A stretch of 64,000 nucleotides of DNA from an uncultured cyanobacterium (GCA_963703315.1 OY969811.1:3296001-3360000), one strand, 5' to 3'; positions 50,184 to 60,839 are shown, counted from the stretch's first letter. Notes: generated by a model from the sequence alone, not told the origin. Program-made: numbers and translations.

Positions 50184-52526
50184 ATGCGTAAAATATCAGT
50201 ATCCGAGATTGTAAGACCTTGTTATCTATCATTAGCCTTTGTCTGCATAAGCATCGGAAGTGTTACCGAAGCGTTTAGCCAAACGAATCCATTCCCGTTA
50301 GATGCTCAAATTAGATATAACGGTCGTGGAGCAGGAGTTGATAGCAATACCAGTGTTGAATTACGTATTCCACTCAATCAAACTCCAGACAACTTTTTTT
50401 ATGTCGCGCCTCAAGTTCGGGTTTTTAACAATGGCAAGATTGGCTCTAATTTAATTGTGGGCTATCGATCGCTTAATGAAGCAGCCAAACATATTCTGGG
50501 GGGCTATATTGCCTACGACAACCGTGATACGGGGGCGCGTTTTTTTCAACAGGTTTCCGCAGGGCTAGAATTTTTTGCTGAGGCATTTGACTTGCGGCTG
50601 AATGCGTATATGCCCGTTGGTCAGAGTACCGTGCAGTTAGGCGAGACCTTACTGGGTACAGGTAGATTTATTGGTAATCAGTTTGGACTTGATCGCGATC
50701 GCCGTATTGATGCGGCTATGGGTGGAGTGGATGTCGAAGCTGGCACAATCTTCACCATCGAAGGACTCGATGGCTATTTGCGTCCCTACGCAGGTACATA
50801 TTTCTATACGGCGGAAAATAGCGCTGGGGCGTTAGGGATTCGGGGTGGACTTGGATATTATGGCAGTCTAATTAATGCGGGCATTTCGGTTCAGAATGAC
50901 CGCGTTTTCGGCACAAGTATTCTTTTTAATATTGGCGTAAATATTGGCAATCGTCCTTCATCGAAGCCCCCAACTTTGTTGGAACGCATGAATGAGTCGG
51001 TGGCGCGAAATAGCTCAGTCATGATCGAGAATCAAGTTGTCCGCGATCAAGTAATCGCGATTAATCCTGCTACAGGTCGTCCCTACAGCTTCTTTATTGT
51101 CGCTGATAATACTTCAGGTTTAGCAGGCAATCCCAATGTCGTAAGTTATGCCAACTTTGCAACTGCGGTAGCGAATGCAGGGACTGCTGGTGCAGATGGC
51201 ATCGTGTTTGCATACGCACCAGCAGGTTCGGCGGCTCCAATTTTAGGCGGCTTTACGATTCCTGATCAAGTGCGGGTAATTTCTAGCGCACCAGCGACGA
51301 TTAATCTTGCTGCTCTTGTTGGCGGCACAACCTTCACGAGTCTACCGTTGCCTTCTAATACTGGCGTTTTCCCAGTTATTACCGAGACGGTGACCTTGGC
51401 AACGGGTGGTACGAATCAAGCGTTGATTGGTTTTGCGATTAATAAAAATGTGGCAACCAGTGCAGGTGCAGGGATTATCGGCAACAATAATATCAATCCG
51501 ACGATCGCTTCTAATATCGTCACGATCACGGCTCCATCGACTACGGGTGTCGGGACTTCAGGGCGCGGGATTGTGTTGATTGGTGCTAGTGGCAATACCA
51601 ATGTTTTGAATAACCAAGTTAACAATGCGATCGCCGAAGGGATTCGTCTGGATAATGTCAGTGGCACTGCCGTGATTTCGGGCAACACGGTGGTGAATAC
51701 GATCCAGCCTAATGTGCAGACCAATGTAGAAGCGGGTATTCTCGTTCGTAACAATAGAGGCAATGTCGATCTGACGATCGCCAACAACATCGTTAGAGAT
51801 AACACCGCCACCGCAGGTGTTGTCGAGATCGACGGTATTGAGTTCAGCCTCTGTCGTGTCTATGCTGATTTACCCGCTTGTACTGCGACTGCTACAGCAA
51901 CTGTAAATATCACGGGCAACACGGTACGAAATATTACAGGCGCTCTCGATGGTGCTGATGGTATTGATATCAATCTGGGTAATTTTGCCAATGCCACTGT
52001 AAATATTACGAACAATACCCTCAACAATATTGTGAATAAGGGCATTAGCTTTGGTGCTGTTAATGGCGCGATCGCTACCACCACGATCGCCAATAACACA
52101 GTTAGCAATGTTGGTGGCACAGCAATTCAAGTACGTCTAGCCAATCCCGATGATACCCAAGCAGGCTTGCCCAATAATCCCTTAGTGCGAGCAGCAGTGC
52201 TAAACAACAACATTACTAACACCGAAACAGGAACGGCTGACAATGGTTCTATGACTATGCGTACCCAAGGAAATGCTACACTCTGCGTCCGATTTGAGGG
52301 AAATACTCTCAACAATCCCACCGCTGAGTTTGACTACCTTTTCCGTCGCCAAGCGGCAACATCAACCATACAACTAGCAGGATTGACCACTGCGATCTCT
52401 ACTGGCAACCCCAGTGCTGGATTGGTAACTGAGCTAACAGCTAGAGGTAATACAGGTAATGTGAATAGGTACAGAGTCCAAGATAACACTGTACAAGTCC
52501 CCACTGCGGCTTGCACATTTCCTTAA
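50184..52526 (+). CDS. Inverse-autotransporter-like beta-barrel plus right-handed beta-helix protein
   Basis: Signal peptide; barrel motifs NLIVGYR, GGYIAYD, FQQVSAGLE, RLNAYMP; Asn/Thr/Gly-rich (I/V)xxNx(V/I) beta-helix repeats. Confidence 0.78.
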   Translation: MRKISVSEIVRPCYLSLAFVCISIGSVTEAFSQTNPFPLDAQIRYNGRGAGVDSNTSVELRIPLNQTPDNFFYVAPQVRVFNNGKIGSNLIVGYRSLNEAAKHILGGYIAYDNRDTGARFFQQVSAGLEFFAEAFDLRLNAYMPVGQSTVQLGETLLGTGRFIGNQFGLDRDRRIDAAMGGVDVEAGTIFTIEGLDGYLRPYAGTYFYTAENSAGALGIRGGLGYYGSLINAGISVQNDRVFGTSILFNIGVNIGNRPSSKPPTLLERMNESVARNSSVMIENQVVRDQVIAINPATGRPYSFFIVADNTSGLAGNPNVVSYANFATAVANAGTAGADGIVFAYAPAGSAAPILGGFTIPDQVRVISSAPATINLAALVGGTTFTSLPLPSNTGVFPVITETVTLATGGTNQALIGFAINKNVATSAGAGIIGNNNINPTIASNIVTITAPSTTGVGTSGRGIVLIGASGNTNVLNNQVNNAIAEGIRLDNVSGTAVISGNTVVNTIQPNVQTNVEAGILVRNNRGNVDLTIANNIVRDNTATAGVVEIDGIEFSLCRVYADLPACTATATATVNITGNTVRNITGALDGADGIDINLGNFANATVNITNNTLNNIVNKGISFGAVNGAIATTTIANNTVSNVGGTAIQVRLANPDDTQAGLPNNPLVRAAVLNNNITNTETGTADNGSMTMRTQGNATLCVRFEGNTLNNPTAEFDYLFRRQAATSTIQLAGLTTAISTGNPSAGLVTELTARGNTGNVNRYRVQDNTVQVPTAACTFP

Positions 52527-52728
52527 GAATTAGAAAGAAAACTCGCTTTGCGAGTTTTCTTATAGTTTGGTGAGTTGCAGCTTATAAAAATGCTATGTGC
52601 ATATTAAAAAAAGAAACCCCACTGTGTAAGGTTTCTTTTTTTAATATGCACCGCCCTGCTTGTAAAAATTGCTGCTGTAGCGATCGCATTCATCATCAAA
52701 AAAGAAACTCTACAAAGTGGGGTTTTCT

Positions 52729-54375
52729 TTATTTGGAAATATTCCAGTAGGGAAGTTGTTGATTAGGTTCGATTTTGACTCCTTCTACTCCCTTTTGAGC
52801 AAAGGCATATTCTTTGTTTTGCCAGAGAGGGATGAATGGTACGTCTTGAGCTAATAGTTCTTGGATTTGTTGCAATAGCTGCGATCGCTTAGTCACATCA
52901 CGTTCTTTGCGCTGATTGGCAATTAGTTCATTCATTTTGGCACTATTATAAAACGAGCCTTGGAATTGACTACCACCTTTTTTGCAGCGATCTCCTTCTG
53001 CCTCTTCACAATCGAGGAAGGGTTTGATGTAGTTATCAGGATCGAGAATGTCGGGAGTCCAGTCTAGCAAATAGCTGGAATAGACACCTTTATCGAGGAA
53101 CGCATAGCCGACAGTATTTTCCACCCGTTCAGTTTTGATTTGGAGGATTTTGCCTACGTTTTTTTGAATTGAGGCGTGCAGTGTACTAGCAATAAGATCG
53201 CCATTACCACCATATTTTGGTGAATACCAGATCGTCACTTGAGCAGGTTTATCGTCAGAATATCCTGCCTCTTGCAGCAGTTGCCGCGCTAATTTGCCAT
53301 TACTTTCTCCATATTTCTGCTCAAATACTGGCTTTGACTCAGGAAAAGCGCTAGGAATGAGGCTATAAAGTGGAGCGCGTTGATTAAAAAATATCCGTGA
53401 GCTGAGGAGAGAGCGATCAATTACGGCGGCAAGGGCTTGGCGCACACGCACGTCATTGAGTGGTGATTGCTGAGTATTTAAAACTAAATAGAGGATAGTT
53501 GCCCCTTGTCCTGAGGCGATCGTCCAGCCATTTTGCTGAGCATTGGTTTCAACATTTTTGACTTGAGTGGGTGTAAGAGTTTGGAATGCGACATCCACTG
53601 CACCTGTTTTAAAGGCATTGAGTAAATTGGAGTTGGAGGAGAAAAACTGAATATCAATACCTTTATTGACAGGCTTTTTGCCCCAATAGTCAGGGAAAGT
53701 ATCAAGACGTAAATAACTACCCTCAACAAACTGGGTAACTTGATAGGGACCAGTACCAACTAATTTATCAGGCAAGAATAAAAGCTGACCTGTTTTTTCG
53801 TCTTTGATGTGTTTGTAAACCTGTGGCGAAATCGCGGCTGCGCCTGTAAAAGCTAAAAATTTGGGAAAAAATTGTAAAGGCTGTTTGAGCTTGAAAACTA
53901 ACTCAGTGTCACTAGGTGCAGAAATCGCTTCGATGACATCAGTCAAAATATAAGCAGGTGTACCTTTGGAATTCATAAATCGTTCCAAAGCAAATTTCAT
54001 CGTATAGGCATTAAAGTTAGTGCGATCGTGATACTTAATGCCTGTACGAACGGTCACATTATAAGTTAAGCCGTCATCACTGACCTTGGGCATATCCGTC
54101 GCCAATTGTGGCACGATTTCGTTAGAGCCTTCTTTGTAGGTATAGAGACGTTCGAGGGTGTTATAAAAAACATTGCTAACAAAAAACTCGTTAGCATCCG
54201 CAGGGTCAAGGGTACGAATTTTGCTGGTCGTTCCTAAAACAATTCGCTCATCGGTGCGATCGCTAATTCCCATTTTACCATTGCTGATTTTGCCATTGGT
54301 ACAACCAAACATGGCAATTGTGATGAATAGAGCGATCACAAACCAAGCCAAAAAGCGACGCAGCAAATATTTCAT
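52729..54375 (-). CDS. ABC transporter substrate-binding lipoprotein (peptide/nickel family 5)
   Basis: Lipobox-like FGC; TLDPA, GTGPY, VRVRQAL and QDVPFIPLWQ motifs. Confidence 0.93.
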   Translation of the reverse strand: MKYLLRRFLAWFVIALFITIAMFGCTNGKISNGKMGISDRTDERIVLGTTSKIRTLDPADANEFFVSNVFYNTLERLYTYKEGSNEIVPQLATDMPKVSDDGLTYNVTVRTGIKYHDRTNFNAYTMKFALERFMNSKGTPAYILTDVIEAISAPSDTELVFKLKQPLQFFPKFLAFTGAAAISPQVYKHIKDEKTGQLLFLPDKLVGTGPYQVTQFVEGSYLRLDTFPDYWGKKPVNKGIDIQFFSSNSNLLNAFKTGAVDVAFQTLTPTQVKNVETNAQQNGWTIASGQGATILYLVLNTQQSPLNDVRVRQALAAVIDRSLLSSRIFFNQRAPLYSLIPSAFPESKPVFEQKYGESNGKLARQLLQEAGYSDDKPAQVTIWYSPKYGGNGDLIASTLHASIQKNVGKILQIKTERVENTVGYAFLDKGVYSSYLLDWTPDILDPDNYIKPFLDCEEAEGDRCKKGGSQFQGSFYNSAKMNELIANQRKERDVTKRSQLLQQIQELLAQDVPFIPLWQNKEYAFAQKGVEGVKIEPNQQLPYWNISK

Positions 54376-54438
54376 GGATCGATTTAGCCGAAAACTTAAC
54401 TGTAATTCTTTCTGCTAAATCTTCTCACAATGTCGGAG

Positions 54439-56364
54439 CTATGTAATAACGTTGTAAGCGATCGCCCGATTACGCCCCTGAGCTTTTGCTTCATAGAGAG
54501 CTTTGTCTGCGTAGGAAATTAGAATTTCTGAACTTTGCTCTAGAGTAGGAATCAGACTCACAACGCCCATACTTAGAGTAACGCGATCGCTTACATCCGA
54601 ATTTTGATGGGAAATGTCGATGGCAGCGATTGTCTCTTGGATAATATTCGCTAATTTTAGCGCTCCATCGGTCTTTGTATTGCTCAAAATCACTGCAAAC
54701 TCTTCACCACCATATCTTGTTACTAAATCAGTTGGGCGTTGGGGAACTTGGGAGATCGCTTGGGCAACACGTATTAAACAATCATCCCCACCTTGATGTC
54801 CGTAACTATCGTTATAGCGTTTGAAATAATCTATATCAATCAAGATTAACGCGAGAGGATTTTGTTCGCGTTGATGTCGTTGCCATTCTAGCGCTAGGTA
54901 ATCATCAAAGCGGCGACGATTAGCGATTTGGGTTAAACCATCCAAATTCGCAAGCAGTTCCAATTGACGATTGGCAAGCACTAGCTCGGCAGTGCGCTCT
55001 TCTACACGATGTTCTAATGTCTCAAAGGACATTTGCAAATCTGTCGCCATTTGATTAAAAGAGTCTGATAAGGTTGCTAACTCTGTAATATCTTGAAATC
55101 CTAAAAAGTCTGGTTTGAGTGCAGATTTTTGCCATTCTTGCTGGGCTAAAGTTTGACTTGCTTGACTTAATTTCTGGATTGGTTGGGTAATTCGACGCGC
55201 AGTCAAAACACCAATTCCAATAGCGATCGCTAAGGTGAAGCTACATAAGATAATTGTCCACTGAGTATTTGCCTGAATTTCTGCCATAAAATCCGATTCA
55301 GGAATGATCACAACTGTTAACCAGTCCAAATCTACTTGATCTTGAAATGGAGAAACTTGAATAAAATATTTCTTGTTATCAATAACGAAACTAATATTTT
55401 GGCTATTTTTAACTTGGTGAAAATCAGTAAAATAATTTTTTAAATAAATAGCGACTTTTTGAAACAATAAGTTATTGCTATTAAGAATATTTAAACGCTC
55501 TAGCTTAGTGAGCTTATTATCCAAGTTTTGCTTAGTATTAGTTACAGGTAATTTTGGAGTCCAAAGATTTTCATTGGTGGAGCTATCAATTAGTAATCCT
55601 TCTCGATTTATAATAAAAGCTTGACCAGTTTTGCCAATTTTTAGACTTTTTAAAAAATCTCCAAGTTGTGTTAAAGATACGGACGAACCAACAATTCCTT
55701 GAAAGACATTATTACGATCATAAAAAGGCATAAAATTTAAAGCGACAAAGGGAGATTTGTCAGTCTTAATGCGTTCAACATTAAGGATCCAAACTAAACG
55801 ATTTTCTTTTTTTACTTTTTCATACCAAGGGGCTTTAGGTGGATATTTATGGGTATCAAATTTATTGGAACTTCTAATCAGTTTAAGTCTGTTTCCTTGA
55901 TTGTCAACAATGTAACTATTGAAGAAGTAGTTAGTTGATTGATCTCTAATACTAAGTGTCTGAGAATCATCATCATTTTTTTGTAAAATTAAAAGTTCTT
56001 TTTGTTCATTAATAATACCTAAAGAACCAATCCCCTCAAATGTTTGTATTTGTTGCCGAAAGTACTGCTCTAAACTAGCAAAATCTTGCCAAGGAATAAT
56101 GCCAAGTTTAATGGCATTAGCATTGTTTTGGATTACTTCTGTGGGTTTACGAAAGTAATTTTTTAGATTTTCATGAATGCGTTTACCAACCTCAGTCATC
56201 AGAGATTCAGAAATATTTTCTACTGCTTTTTGACCACTATGATAAGAAAGATAACCAACTAAACTCACCGCACCAGCAATTTGTAAGACAAAGGGAATAA
56301 TTAATAATAATTTAAGGGAGATTTGGCGAGGCTTTTTGAATTTTATGGTGCGATCGCTATTCAT
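54439..56364 (-). CDS. Membrane diguanylate cyclase (Cache-HAMP-GGDEF)
   Basis: Two TM helices, Cache-like region, HAMP, DGLTQIANRR, RPTD I-site and GGEEF active site. Confidence 0.93.
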   Translation of the reverse strand: MNSDRTIKFKKPRQISLKLLLIIPFVLQIAGAVSLVGYLSYHSGQKAVENISESLMTEVGKRIHENLKNYFRKPTEVIQNNANAIKLGIIPWQDFASLEQYFRQQIQTFEGIGSLGIINEQKELLILQKNDDDSQTLSIRDQSTNYFFNSYIVDNQGNRLKLIRSSNKFDTHKYPPKAPWYEKVKKENRLVWILNVERIKTDKSPFVALNFMPFYDRNNVFQGIVGSSVSLTQLGDFLKSLKIGKTGQAFIINREGLLIDSSTNENLWTPKLPVTNTKQNLDNKLTKLERLNILNSNNLLFQKVAIYLKNYFTDFHQVKNSQNISFVIDNKKYFIQVSPFQDQVDLDWLTVVIIPESDFMAEIQANTQWTIILCSFTLAIAIGIGVLTARRITQPIQKLSQASQTLAQQEWQKSALKPDFLGFQDITELATLSDSFNQMATDLQMSFETLEHRVEERTAELVLANRQLELLANLDGLTQIANRRRFDDYLALEWQRHQREQNPLALILIDIDYFKRYNDSYGHQGGDDCLIRVAQAISQVPQRPTDLVTRYGGEEFAVILSNTKTDGALKLANIIQETIAAIDISHQNSDVSDRVTLSMGVVSLIPTLEQSSEILISYADKALYEAKAQGRNRAIAYNVIT

Positions 56365-56561
56365 TTATTCTAATTCTTCTATTAGATTAATAATATATCT
56401 AAATAGCGGTAAATCTCCATTTTATTGTCTTCCCAAAATCTTAGAGTATGAATAATATGAGAGTTGACTTTCTACTTTTGTATTGGTGTAACTAGTTTCT
56501 AGATTTTAAATTTATAGTAAGCTAAACTTTATCGATATAAACAACCAACAACTTAAGTTCA

Positions 56562-57083
56562 ATGAAAAAACTCAAGTTAAAACCTCTTAGCTTTTCTAGC
56601 TTGATATTATTTGTATGTATGAGTTTATCTCCATGTATAGCGATCGCCAATACTGAAAATACTCAAAATGCACCTACATCAATTCCTGTCCCCATAAAAT
56701 CCAAGAAACAATTAGCTAGAGAAGTTCTAGTCGAGCTAGGCATCGGCAAACAGTATGACTTACATATCTGGAATAGTGTTTATATTGCAGTCAATCGAGA
56801 GGTGAAAAAAGAATTTAAGGTTTGGCTTCAGCAGACTATGGTTCGGTTTGCAGGATGGAAATATGTTGAGTCTCAGTATGTGACACGTTTAGCAACCAAC
56901 TTTTCAGAAGAGGAACTACAAGAGCTTTTATCTCTAGCAAAGAAACCATTGATGAAAAAGTTATTGCGAGCAAAAATCGAAGCCTATGAAGATACTGGTG
57001 AAAAAAGAGATGGATTGCTTTGGCAATTCTGGGAAGACTACAATGACGGAAAGATTGGTATACCTCCCAATTTGTTGAATTAG
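56562..57083 (+). CDS. Secreted hypothetical protein (DUF2059-like helical motif)
   Basis: Signal peptide; NFSEEELQELL motif. Confidence 0.65.
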   Translation: MKKLKLKPLSFSSLILFVCMSLSPCIAIANTENTQNAPTSIPVPIKSKKQLAREVLVELGIGKQYDLHIWNSVYIAVNREVKKEFKVWLQQTMVRFAGWKYVESQYVTRLATNFSEEELQELLSLAKKPLMKKLLRAKIEAYEDTGEKRDGLLWQFWEDYNDGKIGIPPNLLN

Positions 57084-57096
57084 TTGTGTAAAATTT

Positions 57097-57495
57097 ATGT
57101 CTCTACTAACTGATCATCCCTCAAATACTAATATCTTAGGTGGCTGTCACTGTGGAGCCGTTCGCTTTCGGGTAAAGGTGAGAAAGTATGAAGCGATCGC
57201 CTGTAACTGCTCGATTTGTCAAAAGAAGGGCATTTTGCATTTAATTGTTCCTCCTGAAGACTTTGAGCTATTGCAAGGTAAAGAGAATCTAACCAATTAC
57301 ACTTTTAATACGGGCATTGCCAAGCATTATTTTTGTAAAACCTGCGGTATTCATCCCTTTTATCGTCCGCGATCGCATCCTGATGATTACGATGTAAATG
57401 TGCGCTGTCTAGATGGTGAGGCGATGGAGAAATTTGCGATCGTGCCGTTTGATGGCAAACATTGGGAAGATAATGTGCAGCAGATTACTTCATAA
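57097..57495 (+). CDS. GFA (CENP-V-like) family protein
   Basis: GGCHCGAVRF, CNCSIC, FCKTCG and VNVRC motifs. Confidence 0.93.
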   Translation: MSLLTDHPSNTNILGGCHCGAVRFRVKVRKYEAIACNCSICQKKGILHLIVPPEDFELLQGKENLTNYTFNTGIAKHYFCKTCGIHPFYRPRSHPDDYDVNVRCLDGEAMEKFAIVPFDGKHWEDNVQQITS

Positions 57496-57535
57496 CAAAA
57501 AAGCCTCGCAATGCGAGGCTTTTTTGTTATCGGAC

Positions 57536-57889
57536 TTAGCTACAAGCTACGGGTGCGCCAATTTCTTTGGGAGTCGCGAAAGAAGTACCACAACTACAAG
57601 ACTTACTAGCATTAGGATTGCGGAAACGGAAGCCGCCGCCTAATAGGTCTTCGGTGTAGTCGAGTTCTAGTCCTTGCAACTGAGGCAAGTTGCTGTTATT
57701 GATCACAATTTTTACGCCATTGTATTCGTACTCGTTGTCATCAGCTTCGAGTTGATCAACAAAGTCCATTAAATAGGACAAGCCAGAACAACCACCTTGT
57801 TTGATGCCTAGACGCAAAGGTGCAGAAGTTGCACGTTGGGTTTGGAGATTTCTTACGCGAGCGATCGCTGCGTCGGTCAATGTAATCAT
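57536..57889 (-). CDS. iscA: Iron-sulfur cluster assembly A-type carrier (IscA/HesB)
   Basis: GGCSGLSY and NPNASKSCSCGTSF motifs. Confidence 0.93.
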   Translation of the reverse strand: MITLTDAAIARVRNLQTQRATSAPLRLGIKQGGCSGLSYLMDFVDQLEADDNEYEYNGVKIVINNSNLPQLQGLELDYTEDLLGGGFRFRNPNASKSCSCGTSFATPKEIGAPVACS

Positions 57890-58223
57890 ACGAAATTTTC
57901 CTATATTAAAAAACGTGCTAAGGGCAATATTAGTCTTCTAGTAAGACAAGCGCAATACTGGCTAGAGAAACATTGGTATAGCCTGCAACTTTGACAGCTT
58001 TATAAAATGGTTTGGTGAGAGGACATTTATGGACACCAAATAAACGCACACCTTGATCGAGTAGTAGCCCAGTTTTGAAATGAAAATTACGGTGTAGTTT
58101 GACAGCTTTAGCAAGACTTGATTTGGCTTTACAGCAAACCATAATTTTTCTCCGATAATTGAACAACTTACTCTATGTTAACGCTAGTTCAGGTGAAAAT
58201 GGGATGTACTGTGCTTTGTACAA

Positions 58224-58327
58224 TAAGTAGCTAGACGTAATTAAATATAAAACCCCAAAACCTGTGGCGCACGCTGCGCGTGCGCCACAGGTTTTGGCTC
58301 TGGTTTTTAATTGTACCCAGCTACTTA
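58224..58327. repeat. AAGTAGCT-ended miniature inverted-repeat element
   Basis: TAAGTAGCT/AGCTACTTA ends; CCTGTGGCGCACGCTGCGCGTGCGCCACAGG hairpin. Confidence 0.88.
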
Positions 58328-58373
58328 CAACATTATATTTGCCCTTATATTTGCCCTTAATATTCGCGAAATT

Positions 58374-59552
58374 ATGCAATTTGCCGATCGCCTTCAGCCA
58401 TTACAGTCCAATGTATTTGCCGATATGGACATTGCTAAAAGTCGAGTCAAAGCCGCAGGAATGTCGGTGATCGATTTGTCGCTTGGTTCCTCGGACTTAC
58501 CTACCGATGCGTTCATCTTGGAGGCGATCGCCACAGCATTAAACGATCCGACGACTCATGGATATTCGCTATTTGGTAGCACCCTTGATTTTCGTGAGGC
58601 AGTGGCAGCGTGGATACAGCAAAGGTTGGGTGTAGCTGTTGATCCTGAGACAGAAGTATTACCGCTGATTGGTTCGCAAGAAGGAACTGCCCATTTACCG
58701 CTTGCTTTGCTGAATCCCAATGATTTTGCACTCTTGCAAGACCCCGGGTATCCATCGCACTATGGTGGCATTCATCTCGCCAGTGGTCAGGTCTATGGAA
58801 TGCCTTTATTGGCTGAAAACAACTTTTTGCCAGTATTTGCTGACATTCCTGCGACAGTGTTGGCAAAGTCCAAAATGATGGTATTGAGCTATCCCCATAA
58901 CCCTACTGCGGCTACGGCAACTTTAGAGTTTTTCCAATCTGCTGTCGAATTTTGTCAACAGCATCATCTGGCATTAGTTCACGATTTTCCCTATATCGAT
59001 CTCGTCTTTGATGGTTCTACGCCACCTTCGATGTTGCAAGCCGATCGCGATCGCCATGTCACTATCGAATTTTTCACGATGTCCAAGTCCTATAACATGG
59101 GTGGATTTCGGGTTGGGTTTGCGGTAGGGAATCGCGAATTAATTAAGGCATTGCGTCAAGTTAAAGCCGTTGTCGATTTCAATCAATATCAGGGAATTAT
59201 GCGGGGGGCAATCAAAGCTCTATCAGGCGATCGCGCACCAATTGATCGCGTGGTTGCCACATTTAAAGAACGCCGCGATGTGATGCTCGAATCCCTGAAA
59301 GCGATCGGCTGGGAAATTCCGAAGCCCGAAGCCACAATGTATCTTTGGGCAAAGTTACCCGATCAATACGCCCATGATTCGGTCAAATTTTGTCTTGATT
59401 TGATTGATGCCACTGGGGTCGCCTTATCCCCCGGCAAAGGTTTTGGTAAACATGGTGAAGGCTATGTGCGCTTTGCCTTGGTATATCCCCCTGAAATTTT
59501 GCGAGAAGCGGCGCTAAAAATTGGCAAATTTTTGAACTATAGCTGTCGCTAA
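58374..59552 (+). CDS. Class I/II PLP aminotransferase (LL-diaminopimelate aminotransferase-like)
   Basis: LIGSQEG, DPGYP, YPHNPT, HDFPY and TMSKSYNMGGFRVG motifs; ATG at 58374 (upstream extension lies in a repeat). Confidence 0.9.
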   Translation: MQFADRLQPLQSNVFADMDIAKSRVKAAGMSVIDLSLGSSDLPTDAFILEAIATALNDPTTHGYSLFGSTLDFREAVAAWIQQRLGVAVDPETEVLPLIGSQEGTAHLPLALLNPNDFALLQDPGYPSHYGGIHLASGQVYGMPLLAENNFLPVFADIPATVLAKSKMMVLSYPHNPTAATATLEFFQSAVEFCQQHHLALVHDFPYIDLVFDGSTPPSMLQADRDRHVTIEFFTMSKSYNMGGFRVGFAVGNRELIKALRQVKAVVDFNQYQGIMRGAIKALSGDRAPIDRVVATFKERRDVMLESLKAIGWEIPKPEATMYLWAKLPDQYAHDSVKFCLDLIDATGVALSPGKGFGKHGEGYVRFALVYPPEILREAALKIGKFLNYSCR

Positions 59553-59645
59553 CCAGAAGCGAGTTGCGGCGCAAAGCTCCGCAACTCGCTTCAAGACTAG
59601 AGCTTGTGTCGCCCGCTTAGCAGGCGACACAAGCTCTGGTCTTGG
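59553..59645. repeat. Two adjacent hairpin-repeat cores
   Basis: GAAGCGAGTTGCGG...CCGCAACTCGCTTC and AGAGCTTGTGTCGCC...GGCGACACAAGCTCT, matching the cores of the two larger families. Confidence 0.75.
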
Positions 59646-59675
59646 TTTAATAAAAAAACTAGAAAAATATAATTC

Positions 59676-60839
59676 ATGCTCCAGATTTCTAAGTTACGCA
59701 TCGCTTTAATGACTTACTCCACTAAGCCTAGAGGTAGCGTCATCCATACCTTAGAGTTAGCATCAGCCTTGCAAGCTTTAGGGCATCAGGTTTGTATTTT
59801 TGCTTTGGATAAAGATGGGTCGGGATTTGAACAACATTTATCTTGTGACTTTCAACTTATCCCTGCTCAACCTGCACCTCAAGAGATTGATTTATTGATT
59901 AAGCAACGGATTCAAGAATTTGTGGATTATTTAAGCGATCATTCGCAAAATTCACGGCTAGATTATGACATTTACCATGCTCAAGACTGCATCAGTGCCA
60001 ATGCTCTAGCAATTTTGAGATCGCAGCAAATCATTCCTCACTTTATCCGCACGATTCATCATATCGAAGATTACAATAGCCCCTATTTACAAAACTGTCA
60101 GGATCGCTCCATTCGTGAGGCATCACTATGTCTATGTGTAAGTGACAGTTGGCAAGAGCAGATTCAAAATCATTATCAAATCCATGCACCGCGAGTAATT
60201 AATGGGATTAATATCAGTCGTTTTTCCAATCAAAAAGATGGTTCTGAAGACTCTTTAAAACAGCATTTTGGGCTGACAGGTTCACCAATTTATCTCACAG
60301 TTGGTGGTATCGAACCTCGCAAAAATTCCATCAATCTTTTAAAAGCATTTTCCCAAGTATTGATTGATTTTCCCCATGCTCAATTAGCGATCGCAGGAGG
60401 TTCCACTCTCTTTGATTATCAAGATTATCGTCAGCAATTTTTAGATGCTGCTCAAGAGTTAGGAATTGAGATTGGCAAATCCCTAGTGATTACAGGCATC
60501 CTCACCGATGCGGAATTACAGACGATTTATCGTTGTGCTGATGTGTTTGTATTCCCATCAATTAAAGAAGGTTGGGGACTGGTGATTTTTGAAGCGATCG
60601 CTTCAGGGTTACCGATTATGACTGCGAATACCTTGCCATTTACGGAGTTCTTAACAACTTCACAAGCCTTATTGGTCAATCCCCATAATATTGAGGCGAT
60701 CGCCCAAGCCATGCGATCGCTGAATGATCCTAATCTCGCTAATTCCTTAATCCAATCAAGTCAGAGTATTCTATCTAATTACTCATGGGAGCGATCGGCA
60801 AAAATGCACCTCACCGCATATCAAAAACTTCTTTCTTGA
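59676..60839 (+). CDS. MSMEG_0565 family GT4 glycosyltransferase
   Basis: YSTKPRGSVIH, HAQDCISANAL, RTIHHIED, GGIEPRKN and PSIKEGWGL motifs. Confidence 0.85.
   Translation: MLQISKLRIALMTYSTKPRGSVIHTLELASALQALGHQVCIFALDKDGSGFEQHLSCDFQLIPAQPAPQEIDLLIKQRIQEFVDYLSDHSQNSRLDYDIYHAQDCISANALAILRSQQIIPHFIRTIHHIEDYNSPYLQNCQDRSIREASLCLCVSDSWQEQIQNHYQIHAPRVINGINISRFSNQKDGSEDSLKQHFGLTGSPIYLTVGGIEPRKNSINLLKAFSQVLIDFPHAQLAIAGGSTLFDYQDYRQQFLDAAQELGIEIGKSLVITGILTDAELQTIYRCADVFVFPSIKEGWGLVIFEAIASGLPIMTANTLPFTEFLTTSQALLVNPHNIEAIAQAMRSLNDPNLANSLIQSSQSILSNYSWERSAKMHLTAYQKLLS

Noticed and set aside
58333..58356. Tandem 12-mer TTATATTTGCCC x2
   Set aside because: Two copies only; likely a local slippage duplication
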